Positions 60,853-64,000 of a DNA stretch of 64,000 nt are shown here, piece by piece. Position 1 is the stretch's first letter; each line of letters starts with the position of its first letter. Both the position numbers and the translations under genes were made by a program. Source of the DNA: Veleropilina oligotropha (Eukaryota); assembly GCA_048128005.1 (NCBI GenBank), contig JBEUKZ010000097.1, forward strand, positions 124,001-188,000, written 5' to 3'. The notes under the pieces are model-generated. The model had not been told where the DNA came from, did no database searches, and worked only from the letters and a program-made list of their open reading frames with translations.

Positions 60853-63800
60853 AATTAGGGCTTCAGCCTTTGAAAAAGGGCTGAAGGCCTATTGTTTTTC
60901 AAGGAATTATTATTAGTGCTTCGCAGCTTAAGCGCGAAGCACTATTGTTATTGTAGGAATTATTATTATTATTATTATTTATTTTCTCCCCTTTTTCCTT
61001 CCAGCTGTAACTCAAAAACTGCTTTGGTCAAGCTTTTCAAACTTTCAAGAAACATGGGTACAAACGCGAAGCAGTGCATCGCAAAATTTTGACTGTCTAG
61101 GAATTGCGGTTTGGCCGCCATTTTGAATATATTAAAACTCTAAAAAAATCTTCTTCTCAAAAACCGCCAATGACAGCGAGGGAAGACTTTCCAGATATGA
61201 TTGACGTACTAAGGGGAAGTTAAATTGCAAGCGAAAAATCGATCGGTCGTAAAAGGAGGCAGCTGCGTGCGTCTGAAGATTGCGGCGCGCATTTAAATAG
61301 CGAAATCAATTTAAAATGGCTATATCTTGAAAATGATGCACCGTAGACCCATGGTTACTATGGGGAGCCTATGGGAAGTCATGGTTGGGCTTTCAAATTT
61401 GACCTTGACCTTTGACCTCAGTTGACCTACATTGCAGGAAATGACCTAATTAAGGAAAAATGCATATATGTGGGCCTATAGTGCATGAAATGAACTCCTA
61501 TTGACGTGTGTAGTCAACATTTACCAAATTTACAAGATAAAATTGAAAAACAGGAAGTGCCTCGACGGCCATTAAAGCTTTTCTATCAACAATGATGCGC
61601 CGTGGACACATAGTTACTATGGGGAGCCTATGGGAAGTCATGGTTGGGCTTTCAATTGTGACCTTGACCTTTGACCTCAGTTGACCTACATTGCGAAAAA
61701 TGACCTATTTAAGGAAAAATGCATATATGCTTGCCCATAGTGGCTAAAATGAACTCCTATTGACGTGCGTAGTCGCTATTTACCAAATTTCCAAGATAAA
61801 ATTAAAAAACAGGAAGTGCCTCGGCGGCCATTAAAGCATTTGTTAGAAGTGGCAATATATCAACAAGGATGCACCGTGGACACATAGTTACTATGGGGAC
61901 CCTATGGGAAGTCATGGTTGATCTTTCACATGTGACCTTGACCTTTGACCTCAGTTGACCTACATTGCAGAAAATGACCTAATTAAGGAAAACGACATAT
62001 TTTCGCCAGAAAATGGTCAGGAAATGGCAAACTCTGTTAATATTGATGCTAGAGCTTAGATATTTTAAATTAGGATAATTAAAAAATGCGAAAAAAAAAA
62101 ATGGCTACCATGACCATTTTGTTCATAACCCATTGCTATGATGTTATGGAGCTTAGATATTTTAAATTTGGATAATAAAAAAATTCGCATAAAATAAAAT
62201 GGCCTCCAGATTTTCCTTAAAAAGGCCATAACTCGAGACCGACGTGGCGTACAGATCTGAAATTTGCGGCATTCGCTCCAGAGTGGCCATATGCATATAT
62301 TAATAAAATTTAAATGGAAATTTTTATTTTTTTAAATTTCAAAAAAAAAAAAAATTTATAATTGCTATGATTAGTGCGAAGCACTGTACAGCTGCTTGCA
62401 GCTTTAATTAGGGCTTCGGCCTTGAAAAAGGCCGAAGCCCTATTGTTTTTCAAGGAATTATTATTATTATTCTTATTAGGGCTTCGGCCTTGAAAAAGGC
62501 CGAAGCCCTATTGTTTTTCAAGGAATTATTAGGGCTTCAGCCTTTGAAAAAGGGCTGAAGGCATATTGTTTTTCAAGGAATTATTATTATTATTATTCTT
62601 ATTATTATTATTCTTATTCTTATTCTTATTATTATTTTGTGATTTTTTGTTCCTTACGTATCTCTGAAACTACAAATGTGATGCATTTCAAAATTCAGAA
62701 GTAGACAGGTATAATATGGAACTCGTGTGAAACTGTAAATTTGACTGTCTAGGAATTGCGGTTTGGCCGCCATCTTGAATTTTCCAAAAAAATGACCTCT
62801 TTTACAAAAATCTTCTTCTCCGAAACCGCTAAACAGATCGAGGCACCGATCAGAATATATGATCTTGACAATATGATTAAAAACGTTTGCGCGGGACAAA
62901 TTCATCGGACATAAAATGAGGCCGCCATCTTGGATTACGTCATAAACTAGCTTCTTTTCTAACTTTGTTAATATTTAACCTAGCGGGACATGATTTATAT
63001 ATTCGGATATCATAGACGTTGGTCTAAAATGTCATGTGAGTGGATTTTTGATTTTTGAAAAAAAAGGCGCAAAAACAGGAAGTGCCTCGACGGCCATTAA
63101 AGCTTTTCTTTCAAGTGGCAATATATCAACAAGGATGCGCCGTGGACACATAGTTACTATGGGGAGCCTATGGGAAGTCATGGTTGGGCTTTCAAATGTG
63201 ACCTTGACCTTTGACCTCAGTTGACCTACATTGCGAAAAATGACCTAATTAAGGAAAAATGCATACATGCTTGCCCATAGTGGCTAAAATGAACTCCTAT
63301 TGACGTGCGTAGTAGCTATTTACCAAATTTCCAAGATAAAATTAAAAAACAGGAAGTGCCTCGGCGGCCATTAAAGCATTTGTTAGAAGTGGCAATATAT
63401 CAACAAGGATGCACCGTGGACACATAGTTACTATGGGGACCCTATGGGAAGTCATGGTTGATCTTTCACATGTGACCTTGACCTTTGACCTCAGTTGACC
63501 TACATTGCAGAAAATGACCTAATTAAGGAAAACGACATATTTTCGCCAGAAAATGGTCGGAAAATGGCCAAGTCGGTTAATATTGATGCTAGAGCTTACA
63601 TATTTTGACATAGGATATTAAAAAAATTCGACAAAAAAAACAAAATGGCCGCCACATGATCCTTAAAAAGGCCATACCTCGAGAACGACGTGTCGTACAG
63701 ACCTGCAAATAGCGGCATTCGATTCAGAGTGTCCATATGTATAAATTTAAGGAGAATTTAAGTTGAATTTTTTTTCAAATTTTTAAAAATTTAAAAAAAA

Positions 63801-64000
63801 ATTAAACATTATTATTAGCCTGAAGCCCTGTACAGCTGCTTGCAGCTTTAATTAGGGCTTCAGCCTTTGAAAAAGGGCTGAAGGCCTATTGTTTTTCAAG
63901 GAATTATTATTATTATTATTATTCTTATTATTATTAGGGCTTCAGCCTTTGAAAAAGGGCTGAAGGCCTATTGTTTTTCAAGGAATTATTATTATTAGGG
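60853..64000. mobile_element. Tandem/nested non-autonomous Helitron/Helentron-like repeats
   Basis: Repeated hairpin AGGGCTTCAGCCTTTGAAAAAGGGCTGAAGGCCT followed by (ATT)n; ~290-bp units with GACCTTGACCTTTGACCT; end motif CTGTACAGCTGCTTGCAGCTTTAATT twice. Confidence 0.6.

Overview
AT-rich, repeat-dense animal (invertebrate-type) nuclear DNA. The centrepiece is a complete, visibly GC-richer 15,044-bp endogenous Polinton/Maverick-like DNA virus (12702-27745) with ~185-bp TIRs, AG...CT ends and a 5-bp target duplication GCTAT. It encodes a retroviral-type integrase, A32-like packaging ATPase, major and minor capsid candidates, and an unusual ~1,280-aa replicase fusion (HEH/Rho-N, OTU-like, apparently exonuclease-less PolB, SF1B helicase, HNH). 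It also carries several membrane proteins (one with PSAP and LYPxL late-domain motifs plus a hidden -1-frame PPPPPY tail) and a secreted Cys-rich protein; no adenain-type protease is recognisable. It is the innermost of five nested mobile elements (9619-31889). Its direct host is a PIF/Harbinger transposon whose transposase and MADF-BESS genes are interleaved antisense through each other's introns. The rest is decayed LINE, Penelope, SINE, Academ-like and Helentron-like repeats, a broken C2H2 zinc-finger array, a second Harbinger, and a ~4-kb duplication whose second copy gained that Harbinger and a 3-kb satellite expansion. All family assignments come from manual motif reading; no searches were run.
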